Below are positions 1-8,487 of a stretch of DNA of 64,000 nt, piece after piece. This DNA comes from Chloroflexota bacterium (GTDB lineage: Bacteria; Chloroflexota; Anaerolineae; Anaerolineales; E44-bin32): contig JADFRQ010000006.1 of NCBI GenBank assembly GCA_022561215.1, positions 14,626 through 78,625 of the forward strand, written 5' to 3'. A program made the translations under genes and the position numbers. The notes below the pieces were generated by a model that saw only the letters and a list, made by a program, of their open reading frames with translations, did no database searches and was not told the origin of the DNA. The first letter of the stretch is position 1. Every line of letters begins with the position of its first letter.

Positions 1-588
1 TCGATCGAGGAGCATTTTCGACCAGTGATCCGGGTCGACAGGCCCGTTGGCCCGCAGCATTTCAATGGTCGCAACCACGTCTATTTTATCGCCCGTTTTT
101 TCACCTGCATGCTGCAGTCCATCTGTGAATGCTACAACGACAAGGCCCACTTCCAGGGGTATTTCTCTTATTTCGGGAATTATTCCCAATTTGGTCCCAA
201 CAGGGCGCGAGGGATTATCCAATGAAATCAACTGATTGTCCCGAATTAGGATCAGCGGTGAAGGATTGTTGCGCGTGATAACCAGGGACTTGGTCTGCAG
301 GTCAATCGAAATTATATTCAGCGTCGCTTGAACTTTCCCAGAACGATAGGTATACAGGAAGTCAGAAGCTGCACGCGCGGCGGCACCATCTGGTACCCCA
401 TCCGCAAGCAAACTTATGGCTTTTCGGGTGACTACATCGGAAATAGCCTTGGCGCTGTTGCCAGACCACTGACCATCGGCGAGCACAAAACTCAATCCGC
501 CGTTTGGACGCTCAATAAACTCCAGCGTGTCACCGCTCTCAGAGGCAGTATATTTGCCTATTCGTGCGGCTGAAATTCGAGCTTCCAT
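1..588 (-). CDS. PP2C-type (SpoIIE/RsbX-like) serine phosphatase; 3' end lies outside the window
   Basis: I translated the minus strand from the ATG at 586-588: MEARISAARIGKYTASESGDTLEFIERPNGGLSFVLADGQWSGNSAKAISDVV...LVVVAFTDGLQHAG. It stays open to position 1, and it is missing from the ORF track because no stop falls in the window. The D-G..G..A and TDG motifs are typical of SpoIIE-domain phosphatases. Confidence 0.6.
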   Translation of the reverse strand, partial: MEARISAARIGKYTASESGDTLEFIERPNGGLSFVLADGQWSGNSAKAISDVVTRKAISLLADGVPDGAAARAASDFLYTYRSGKVQATLNIISIDLQTKSLVITRNNPSPLILIRDNQLISLDNPSRPVGTKLGIIPEIREIPLEVGLVVVAFTDGLQHAGEKTGDKIDVVATIEMLRANGPVDPDHWSKMLLDR

Positions 589-729
589 GGGATTGATTGT
601 ACAATGATGATGGGGCATTTGTAAGGTAATAGAAAGGTCTCAAATCTAACAAGTACGCTAGAGTATTTAATGTTCTCTATCCGTGAGCAGATTTTACGAA
701 GATATTCACCTGAATGAGGAGGGTCATTC

Positions 730-2061
730 TTGGTTGAAACCTTCTCCGCTGTTGATTTGCCTCGAGCGATTGAAGCAGCAATCGACCGCACAATTGGCCT
801 TACTGGAACGAAACCTATCGCTGTTGTTGCCGAATATCCCGCCCACTTGCCCGCAGTTCAGGGGCAGAAGAATGAGCTTTCTCAAATCATTTCGAGTTTG
901 ATATCGGAAGCCATTTCCGTCACAAATCAGGGTGAAATTCATGTGGTGGCAGAGCTATTGCCCGCCGGCGAACTGCCTTCCATGCAGGATTTACTTGAAG
1001 GAGAACCCCAGGTGCTCGCCGATGGAGGGCCCTGGGCAATTGTGCGTGTGTCTACCAGTGGTTCAGGCATTCTTGAAAATGCTTCGAAGGAAATTATTGC
1101 AGAACTCAACCACTCCAATTCCCAACCTCGCGTTTCTCGAGATGGTATGTCGATCAGAGATAGCCGATTGAAGATTGAAGCCTATGGTGGCAACTTCTGG
1201 ATGGATGGGATTGAGGGAGAGGGAATACGGCTCAACTTTGCCCTGCCACTTCGAGCAGCCTACCTCGCCTCAGCGGATTTAACATCCCTGCACAAGGCGG
1301 TCGAAACCCGTTTGCCAGAAGACGAACAACACGCAAGGAAGATCCTATTAAGTGCAGAGGAGGAAGGCATAAGAGATCTTCTCTCAAAGGATCTTACCTC
1401 CGCCGGATATCGCGTGATTACGGTTTCAAGTGGTGCAAATGTTCTCGCAATTGCGCGCAGCGAACAACCAAGCTTGATCCTCCTTGATCTGGTCTCGCGC
1501 GAACCACCCGGGTTTGAAGTTGCTATGGTTCTCAAGCAGGATCATCATGTAAGGAATATCCCAGTGTTGTTTATTACTTCCGCTATTGATCACCATGATG
1601 GTATGCGTATGGGTGCGGTCAATTTTGTACTTCGACGGGAGGGAACTGGCAAGCTGTTAGCTGCAATCGATGCCATCCTAGTTTCAGGCATTAAGCCAAC
1701 TGCTCGTGTGCTTGTGATTGAAACCAACGACGCTCTTCGCGAATCGATGATTCTCCTTATTCAAAATCATGGTTATCGAGTCACGGAGGCACGCGGCGCA
1801 GAAGAGGCATTGGCGCTTGCAGAGAGGATTTTACCAGGCCTCATCCTCGTAAATTCTGAACTTGCACAAGAGCGAGATTATTGGCTATTACGCGCTCTCC
1901 GCCAGGTCGCGGATGATATTGATATCTTCGTGCTTGCCGAAGTCATCAGCAAAGAGGAAGGAATAACTGTTTTAAGCCGCGGCGCCTCGGGTTATCGTCA
2001 GACCGGAAAGTTGCGCGAGATTTTGGAAGATTTACAGGATCGCACCCAGCGACGCGCTTAA
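730..2061 (+). CDS. Degenerate HATPase_c domain fused to two receiver-like (REC) domains; no DHp/HisKA domain
   Basis: 443-aa ORF with a TTG start 8 nt after GAGGAGG and an in-frame stop at 715-717, so there is no room for a DHp domain. The N-box-like segment is LSQIISSLISEAISVT. TSGSG stands in place of DxGxG. REC1 is KILLSAEEE...LILLDL...LFITS. REC2 is RVLVIETND...LILVNSEL, with Asn at the phospho-acceptor position. Confidence 0.6.
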   Translation: MVETFSAVDLPRAIEAAIDRTIGLTGTKPIAVVAEYPAHLPAVQGQKNELSQIISSLISEAISVTNQGEIHVVAELLPAGELPSMQDLLEGEPQVLADGGPWAIVRVSTSGSGILENASKEIIAELNHSNSQPRVSRDGMSIRDSRLKIEAYGGNFWMDGIEGEGIRLNFALPLRAAYLASADLTSLHKAVETRLPEDEQHARKILLSAEEEGIRDLLSKDLTSAGYRVITVSSGANVLAIARSEQPSLILLDLVSREPPGFEVAMVLKQDHHVRNIPVLFITSAIDHHDGMRMGAVNFVLRREGTGKLLAAIDAILVSGIKPTARVLVIETNDALRESMILLIQNHGYRVTEARGAEEALALAERILPGLILVNSELAQERDYWLLRALRQVADDIDIFVLAEVISKEEGITVLSRGASGYRQTGKLREILEDLQDRTQRRA

Positions 2062-2332
2062 GCGAAAGTAATAATCCCCCAGATTAGCGCAGTGCGAAGC
2101 TTTTTCTTGCTGCTATCCCCAGGGAAATTACAGTTGCAATTGTCGCGTGCGAACCCAAGGGCATCCCTAAAAGCGTGCGTTACGGCCGCGAAGTCGCCGC
2201 GGAATGTTGCGGGTTATCGTTTGTTATTCAAACCCACAGCCGAGGAAAATGCGCGCCGGATTCCCGCAGGCCCAATTCCTGATCAGATTACGCCGGCCAT
2301 TGCATGGCGTGTGATATCTGAATTGGTCGACG

Positions 2333-2341
2333 TGATATAAT
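2333..2341 (+). promoter_or_regulatory. Extended -10 promoter element (TGATATAAT) upstream of the thpR operon
   Basis: Exact TGnTATAAT at 2333-2341, about 105 nt upstream of the thpR ORF. There is no good -35, which an extended -10 can tolerate. Confidence 0.35.
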
Positions 2342-2444
2342 CGAAAATCCTGGATCAAACACCTCGAAAATGCTATTGGAAATGGTAGGAAAGCAGCCCA
2401 GGTACAACCTCTCAACAAGCGCAGGAACCTTTTTTTAGCCTTGG

Positions 2445-3041
2445 ATGAGCATACATATGCGCATCTTCATCGCAATAAATTTATCCCATATTCTGCGGGA
2501 AAAACTTGGCTTATTGACCGAGAAACTCAAGGTTGAGCTTGGCCAAAAACACATCCGTTGGGTTAAGCCTGGCGGGATGCATCTGACGCTTAAATTTATT
2601 GGAGAGACACCATCCGAGCAGGTCGATGGGATAATGAACACGATTGCAGAAATCGCAAAAAAAACCAATCGATTTGAAATGCATGTATCCGGTTTAGGCT
2701 GTTTGCCCGATTGTGATCGGCCGAGGGTGATTAGCATCGATTTAGTAGAGCCCTCCGGCGAACTGCGAATCTTGCATAAACGATTGGAAGCGGAACTTAT
2801 TAAGGTCGGAATAAAAAGTGACCGACGCGAATTTCATCCACACCTCACCTTAGGACGAATTCGTAGAGGAACATCGTTGATTGCTTTGAAATCACTCGGT
2901 CAAGAAATTAGGTCGAGAGATGCGATTGACTTAGGAGTGGAGGCAGTCAAGAAATTTTCTCTGATCAAAAGTGAACTGCGGCCGAGTGGGCCTGTCTACA
3001 GCGTGTTATCATCCCATGCCTTGGAAAATGTTAAAATATGA
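2445..3041 (+). CDS. thpR: RNA 2',3'-cyclic phosphodiesterase (2H phosphoesterase, ThpR/LigT family)
   Basis: Two H-x-T-x motifs at the expected spacing (GMHLTLKF and HPHLTLGR). The N-terminus MRIFIAINL is typical of the family, so the real start is probably the ATG at 2457. Confidence 0.8.
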   Translation: MSIHMRIFIAINLSHILREKLGLLTEKLKVELGQKHIRWVKPGGMHLTLKFIGETPSEQVDGIMNTIAEIAKKTNRFEMHVSGLGCLPDCDRPRVISIDLVEPSGELRILHKRLEAELIKVGIKSDRREFHPHLTLGRIRRGTSLIALKSLGQEIRSRDAIDLGVEAVKKFSLIKSELRPSGPVYSVLSSHALENVKI

Positions 3042-3541
3042 CGATGTTTACCGCGATTTCGGTTATCGGATCAGGAACTTGCAGTGCCAAACACGCCAAA
3101 TTGGCGGAAGAAGTAGGGTTTCTATTGGGGAGCAGGAAAGTGATAGTTATTTGCGGCGGGCGAGGGGGTGTGATGGAAGCTGTAAGCAAGGGGGTTCAGA
3201 AAGCTGGAGGGTTGACGATAGGTATTTTGCCTGGAATGGACGCTAATGCGGGAAATAAATACCTAAGCCTTGCGATTCCCACGGGCCTCGGCCAGGCGCG
3301 CAATGCGATAATTGCCTATGCCGGTCAAGCTGTAATTGCGATCGGAGGCAGTTACGGTACACTATCAGAAATAAGCCTCGCGCGAAAAGCGGGCCGCCGA
3401 GTGATTGGTCTGGAAACCTGGCATGCGGAAGAAGCCGATGGAAGTTTGTTGGACATTGAATACGCAAAAGACCCCGAGGAAGCGGTTCGCAAGTCACTCG
3501 GTGCTCCAAGTTCTTCGGGTAAGGAATCGAGAACACAATGA
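3038..3541 (+). CDS. TIGR00725/LOG-like (SLOG superfamily) Rossmann-fold protein
   Basis: ISVIGSG...VICGGRGGVMEAVSKG...GGLTIGILPG...RNAIIAYAGQAVIAIGGSYGTLSEISLA matches the LOG/TIGR00725 pattern (GGxxGxMEA, PGGxGTxxE-like). Its ATG overlaps the thpR stop as ATGA. Confidence 0.7.
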   Translation: MTMFTAISVIGSGTCSAKHAKLAEEVGFLLGSRKVIVICGGRGGVMEAVSKGVQKAGGLTIGILPGMDANAGNKYLSLAIPTGLGQARNAIIAYAGQAVIAIGGSYGTLSEISLARKAGRRVIGLETWHAEEADGSLLDIEYAKDPEEAVRKSLGAPSSSGKESRTQ

Positions 3542-3891
3542 CGGATCGTGCCCTTGCAATTGCCCGCACAATCGTTGATAGCTTGGAAAAGAAGAAGGCG
3601 GAGGACATTTTACTCATCGATCTAATTGGTGTGTGCTCATTTACGGACTATTTCGTTATCTGTACCGGATCAAGCGAACGCGCCTTGAAGTCGTTAGCTG
3701 ATGAAGTGAAGGGGAGGGTAAAGGAAGTTCATGTCATTAATGAGAGAAGTACAGAAGGCGATTCGACGAGCGGGTGGGTGCTTATCGATTACGGTGATGT
3801 GATCCTGCATTTATTTTCAAAATTGTTGCGAAAATATTATCAACTTGAAGAGTTGTGGAGTGAAGGAAAGTTCCTTCTTAGGTTCCAATAA
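3538..3891 (+). CDS. rsfS: Ribosome silencing factor RsfS (iojap-like)
   Basis: KKAEDILLIDLIGVCSFTDYFVICTGSSERALKSLADEV...GWVLIDYGDVILHLF is the canonical RsfS core. Its ATG overlaps the upstream stop as ATGA. Confidence 0.85.
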   Translation: MTDRALAIARTIVDSLEKKKAEDILLIDLIGVCSFTDYFVICTGSSERALKSLADEVKGRVKEVHVINERSTEGDSTSGWVLIDYGDVILHLFSKLLRKYYQLEELWSEGKFLLRFQ

Positions 3892-4119
3892 GATGGTAAG
3901 ATCCTGCTTGGTTAACCAGGCTGTGGTCGCGATTGATCAAACCAATGGGGATGGCCTAAACGGGCGATTTGGCATGGCTTGGCACATCTGTTATCAGATT
4001 CTGTTGTGGCTGCTTAGGAATGGTTTCAGGGGTACGCACGGATTGCGCATGCCCCGGCTTCGAGCAATGACGACAGAATTTTCTATTGCAATAGAAGATC
4101 CCCCATTTTTTCTTCCTAG

Positions 4120-4587
4120 TTATTCGCCCTCATAAATCCACGCGTCGTTTGCCCGATCCCAATCGACCAACTCGTCTTCAGAAAACCATAATTTTATTTC
4201 TACTGCCGCCGTCTGTGTTTCGTCCGACGCGTGGGTAAGGTTTCTTCCCACCTGTAAGGCGTAATCGTGCCTCACAGATCCAGGTGATGCATCTCTTGGA
4301 TGAGTGGCCCCCATGGTTGCACGGACCAAAGCAACCACGTCCGGTCCTTCCCATACCATGGCAACAACCGGAGAAGATGTGATATATGCAATAAGCCCGT
4401 CATAAAAGGCTTTGCCCTGATGCACGGCGTAATGCTGTTCGGCGAGCGATCGATCGAGCGAGGTAAATTTTATGGCGATAAGCTTTAATCCGCGATTTTC
4501 AAGACGCGTAATAATCGCACCGATTAATCCTCGTTGAACGGCATCTGGTTTCAGAAGTACAAGAGTGCGTTCCACATCTCCCTCCAC
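4120..4587 (-). CDS. ndk: Nucleoside-diphosphate kinase
   Basis: ERTLVLLKPDAVQRGLIG...YITSSPVVAMVWEG...GSVRHDY...NLTHASD includes the active-site His context NxxHxSD. The start is probably the second GTG at 4575 (MERTLVLLKPD), preceded by GGAGGGAG. Confidence 0.9.
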   Translation of the reverse strand: MEGDVERTLVLLKPDAVQRGLIGAIITRLENRGLKLIAIKFTSLDRSLAEQHYAVHQGKAFYDGLIAYITSSPVVAMVWEGPDVVALVRATMGATHPRDASPGSVRHDYALQVGRNLTHASDETQTAAVEIKLWFSEDELVDWDRANDAWIYEGE

Positions 4588-4592
4588 AAAAC

Positions 4593-4620
4593 TTGAACTC
4601 GGGGATTAAGCCGAGTTCAA
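4593..4620 (-). terminator. Perfect 10-bp stem-loop between the TPR gene and ndk (possible terminator or attenuator)
   Basis: The arms are ttgaactcgg (4593-4602) and ccgagttcaa (4611-4620), with an 8-nt loop. On the minus strand it is followed by GUUUUGUGGAGG, which is partly U-rich and contains the ndk RBS. Confidence 0.35.
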
Positions 4621-4647
4621 TTAATTAAACTTCCTATCATGCTTAGA

Positions 4648-7600
4648 TTAGACGGCTTCCATCCCCCTTCGATAAGCCGTGATGGCCTCCGTTATTTGAC
4701 CGTCTTGCATGTAAGCATCTCCCAATGCCTGCCATAACGTGGGAGCCTTCGGTGTATTATTTACAGCTGTTTTCAAATCAGCTATCACATCCTCAATTTC
4801 CTTCTTTTGATCGATCAGTCGTGTGTAAAAATCAAGGGCTCGATCCAAATCTCCACCTTGCAAAGAAGAGCGTGCAATTTTTAACTGGTTTTGTGTTGAT
4901 GTTTCATCGATTTCATCTTCTTTCGGTTCGATTTTTTCGGCCTCCACATCATCCAGAACCCCGGCCTCTATTTCGTCTGACGGATCTTCGGGCACACTTC
5001 CTGAGCCTTCCACGGATTGTGAATCGACTTTTTCTAGTGCGCTTGCCGGAGCTCCCACCTCAATCTCGATCAAATTCATTTCGTCTACCTTAGGAGGAAT
5101 TCGCTCCTCGAGTTGATCCTCTAGGGACATTGCCAGATCGGATTTCTTGGCGATGATGGTGTCCAATATCGAAGGATCTTCAGCGGTAGCAACACTACCA
5201 GGCTGCACAGCCTCCCCATCATCTTCTTCCGACCGTTCCGCCACTTCTTCCAGCCAATCAGGCACTTCCGAACTTTCTGATTCTGCCGATTCAGATTGGA
5301 AATCAGGAGCAATAACATCTTCATATTCTTCATCTGTCGCGAGCTTCTCAAGCCACTCTAACCCTGCTTCATATTCCTCGGGAAGCTCATCTTGAGTAGC
5401 GGTTGGGGATTCGCTTGGCTTAATTTCAGCGTCCTTTTTGACATCCCCTGCCGCTGCTTCTGGTTCTTGATCAAAAATGGGGATTTCCTCAATTTTTACC
5501 TCATGTTTGGAGGCCAAGCCTTCAAGAAAGCCATAAACCTCTTCCTCATCCATCGGCTTATCCAGGTGTTCGGCTACTGCCCCATCGATCCCATCCGCCG
5601 CCGTCGCAAGCTCTTCTGCGGCGCCCATTTCCGGCTCGGGAGTTACTTCCTGAGCCGACTCCTTAAGCCACTCAAGGCGATTCTCGATTTCTCTATCGGC
5701 GCCGGTTTGTGAGGGCGGTACATCACCCTCAGCATCTACGCTGACGATCTCAGGGTCCCGAGAGACTTCTTCATTCAGATCGGGCGCTATTTCTTGAAAA
5801 GTTCCTGGCTCACTGATCTGTATTTCGGGTACTTCGGGTGAAGTTTCTATTTCATCGGACTCAATTTGCTGCAGCCAATCCCCAGCCTCTGCGCCGTTTA
5901 TTGTTTCTCGATCCGCATCCCCATTTGTCGGTTCGCTCGCGGAAAGGTCTTGCAGCCAATCGGGGGCTATTTCCTCTGTGCTCGGGCCTTCGATTGTGCG
6001 CTGCACGCTCTGCTCAGACGGCTCACTTTTCGATCCACCAGCCGCAGCCTCCCCGATTGGGTCTTCGGGGATTGCTTTGATCGCCTCACGCAGAGGCATC
6101 TCGTCAGGAACATTTTCCATTGGATCTGCTTGACTTCCTTCTTCCCCATCAACTTCCTGTTCAGGTGCCTGCATTTCAGTCAGCCATTCTGGACCGGTAT
6201 CCTCAACTGAAGCCGCTTGTTGACTTTCTGACTCAGATGATTCGGAAAGAGATTGTAGCCATTCCGGTTCAACCTCATCCACTGGGGATTCAGCTGCTTG
6301 ATCTTCGATCGAATCCGTCAGCCGTTCAGGAGATTCAGGAAGTGCATCAAGCGCAGCAATTTCCTGCTCATCCGCCTCATCTGTAACCCCCTGGAGCCAT
6401 CCGGACTGGAGATCTCCGGCAGCGCTTTCATCTTCATCATCTTTCCCGATCACCCCTTTTAACCAATCCGGGGGTTCTTCTTGGCTATTCCCGACTTGCA
6501 ATTCTGGTTGCGACAATTCGGCGGCGCTCGCATATTCGGACTTTTCCTCGGTAGCCTCCGGACTCGCAGGCAATGGATCATCGTCGACCGGAAGAGCCCC
6601 AACCCAATCAGGAGCAGATTCAACATTTTGAAGGCCGGCATCTGATTCCTGTGGTTCACTTATTTCTTCGAGCCACGCTGGTGGGGAAGATTCAGACTCC
6701 GCGGTCACTTCCTGCTCCTTGGCTTTATTGGAAGCCACATCTGTCTCTGGCTGTGGGCCATCCTGCGCACTGAGCCCCAAGGTAGATTCCCTGTTTTCGA
6801 GCGGCGGTTCCGTTCTTGCTGGTTGCTCAATCTGCTGGGGGGATTCTGACGGAGTAGATGCGATTAGTGGGCCAGTGCCGCGCATCCATGTAGGGACATC
6901 ATCTGCAGGCGCGCGTGAACCCTCGCCCGATTTATCCCCTAACCAGGTAACAATCGTGTCCGTGGCGCCCGGAGCCGCAGGTTCCAACCACGGAGGAAGT
7001 TCTTGGGTTTCACCATGATTCGGTTCATCAGATGTTGTACTTTGCTCTGGAGAGTCGGAGCTCATCTGATCTTTGCCTTCTTCATCAGCAGATTCACTCA
7101 TATAATTTTCAAGCCTGCTCATATTCGGTTCTGAACTACTTTCATGCTCAGGAATCTCACTTTCACCAGCACTATCCTCGGATAGGGTATTTTCGAAACT
7201 TAAATTTTCCTGTGGACTTCCCTCAACTTCAATGTCGGCCCTTTCTGCAATCTGCCTATCTGGGGATCCAGCTGCAGTTTCATTTGGCTCAACGGAGGGA
7301 ACTTGAGGTAACTCTTGATCGCTGGACGTTATTTCGGAAAGCCAATCCGGAAATTCGGCAGCCGCAATATCCCCCGGGTTATCGTCGGCATCTTCTAAAG
7401 CCTGGCCTGAGCTTTGATCTTGAGCACCGCCATCATCGGCTTCCGAACTGCCTTCAGAGCCCGAGCCTGCCTGCTGCATCCATTCCGGCAATTTGTCTCC
7501 GTTGGGTGGGGTCGCCCCCTCAAATGGGTGGATGGTAGGCGATTCTCCAAAATCAGCATCATCTGCATCATTCTTCGGCTGGGCTTCGGCTCGCAGCCAT

Positions 7601-8487
7601 TCGGGCATATTTTCATCAAATTCGGAAGATGAATCATCGTCTTTAAGGTTAACGCTAAGGGATGCCACCCAATCTGGTTGCTCTGCGACCTGGGTCATCG
7701 ATTCGAGACCACCTGACCACATCAGTCGTTCGATTAGAATGGAGCTTGTTTCGACAGATAACGGATCATCCATCGGGTTTTTTAGATAGGCGAAGTAAGG
7801 ATCCAGAGAAATAAGGCGCCGTACATTAGACTTGGCTTCTTCTGTCTTTCCACTCTCTTGGAGGAGTGCAGCAGTTATTCGGTTCGCATCACGACAATGG
7901 GGTAATTTTTCAAGGATCAGGCTGCAAATTTTGGCTGCTTCCAAGCGCTGGTCGGTCCGCCAATAAGTATTGGCAAGTAGCACCTGTAAATCGGGGCGGT
8001 CGGGATCTTCTGAGAGCGCTTTGCGCAGCTCTGTCGTTGCATACGCATACAATTCACCATGCGAATACATTCGCGCAAGTGCACCACGCGTTGGACGAAC
8101 TCTTTGTGGTTCGAGCCCATCGCGCTTGCCAATTAGGCGCTTTAATTCCTGTTCGATGGCAGCATTGCCTGGTTTTGACTCCGAGGAGCGCTCCATGTGC
8201 CAAATTGCTGCATCTAAATTTCCCTCATCTTCCCGAATAATCGCCATTCCAACATGCGATACAAAATCATCGGGAATGGCCGAGAGAACACGCTGAAAAA
8301 TATCTGCGGCGTCCCCATAGCGTTTTGATTCAAGATAAGCTTTTCCTAGAAGACGATAGGTGTCGATGTGCTTGGGAAAGGACTTCAGGATGTGGCGGCA
8401 ATGCGCGATGGCTTCCTCGAGCTGATCGCTGTCTTCGATAATATCGTCGATTTGCTGCACGTATTGGCGCAGGCTTATTTCGGCCAT
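4648..8487 (-). CDS. Giant TPR-repeat protein with a hyper-acidic disordered central linker
   Basis: 1279-aa ORF. The N-terminal ~250 aa and the C-terminal ~80 aa have TPR-like helical repeat patterns (YRLLGKAYLESKRYGDAADIFQRVL...; LWQALGDAYMQDGQITEAITAYRRGME). The middle ~900 aa is dominated by E/D/S/P/A. An AGGA RBS precedes the ATG. Confidence 0.8.
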   Translation of the reverse strand: MAEISLRQYVQQIDDIIEDSDQLEEAIAHCRHILKSFPKHIDTYRLLGKAYLESKRYGDAADIFQRVLSAIPDDFVSHVGMAIIREDEGNLDAAIWHMERSSESKPGNAAIEQELKRLIGKRDGLEPQRVRPTRGALARMYSHGELYAYATTELRKALSEDPDRPDLQVLLANTYWRTDQRLEAAKICSLILEKLPHCRDANRITAALLQESGKTEEAKSNVRRLISLDPYFAYLKNPMDDPLSVETSSILIERLMWSGGLESMTQVAEQPDWVASLSVNLKDDDSSSEFDENMPEWLRAEAQPKNDADDADFGESPTIHPFEGATPPNGDKLPEWMQQAGSGSEGSSEADDGGAQDQSSGQALEDADDNPGDIAAAEFPDWLSEITSSDQELPQVPSVEPNETAAGSPDRQIAERADIEVEGSPQENLSFENTLSEDSAGESEIPEHESSSEPNMSRLENYMSESADEEGKDQMSSDSPEQSTTSDEPNHGETQELPPWLEPAAPGATDTIVTWLGDKSGEGSRAPADDVPTWMRGTGPLIASTPSESPQQIEQPARTEPPLENRESTLGLSAQDGPQPETDVASNKAKEQEVTAESESSPPAWLEEISEPQESDAGLQNVESAPDWVGALPVDDDPLPASPEATEEKSEYASAAELSQPELQVGNSQEEPPDWLKGVIGKDDEDESAAGDLQSGWLQGVTDEADEQEIAALDALPESPERLTDSIEDQAAESPVDEVEPEWLQSLSESSESESQQAASVEDTGPEWLTEMQAPEQEVDGEEGSQADPMENVPDEMPLREAIKAIPEDPIGEAAAGGSKSEPSEQSVQRTIEGPSTEEIAPDWLQDLSASEPTNGDADRETINGAEAGDWLQQIESDEIETSPEVPEIQISEPGTFQEIAPDLNEEVSRDPEIVSVDAEGDVPPSQTGADREIENRLEWLKESAQEVTPEPEMGAAEELATAADGIDGAVAEHLDKPMDEEEVYGFLEGLASKHEVKIEEIPIFDQEPEAAAGDVKKDAEIKPSESPTATQDELPEEYEAGLEWLEKLATDEEYEDVIAPDFQSESAESESSEVPDWLEEVAERSEEDDGEAVQPGSVATAEDPSILDTIIAKKSDLAMSLEDQLEERIPPKVDEMNLIEIEVGAPASALEKVDSQSVEGSGSVPEDPSDEIEAGVLDDVEAEKIEPKEDEIDETSTQNQLKIARSSLQGGDLDRALDFYTRLIDQKKEIEDVIADLKTAVNNTPKAPTLWQALGDAYMQDGQITEAITAYRRGMEAV
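5242..7677 (-). repeat. Array of 18 x-x-W-[LMV] peptide motifs (10 are strict P-[DE]-W-[LMV]) inside the acidic linker
   Basis: Read directly from the translation, in order: PDWV, PEWL, PEWM, PDWL, PPWL, VTWL, PTWM, PAWL, PDWV, PDWL, SGWL, PEWL, PEWL, PDWL, GDWL, LEWL, LEWL, PDWL. Every Trp between about aa 270 and 1085 sits in this context. Confidence 0.85.

Noticed and set aside
4081-4096. A perfect 16-bp palindrome, TTCTATTGCAATAGAA, between the convergent rsfS and ndk genes. It could be a bidirectional terminator or an operator.
   Set aside because: As a hairpin it gives only a 6-bp A/U-rich stem. On the plus strand the T-run starts 10 nt later, and on the minus strand there is no U-tract. 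It is too weak to call a terminator, and it is a single copy with no context for an operator.
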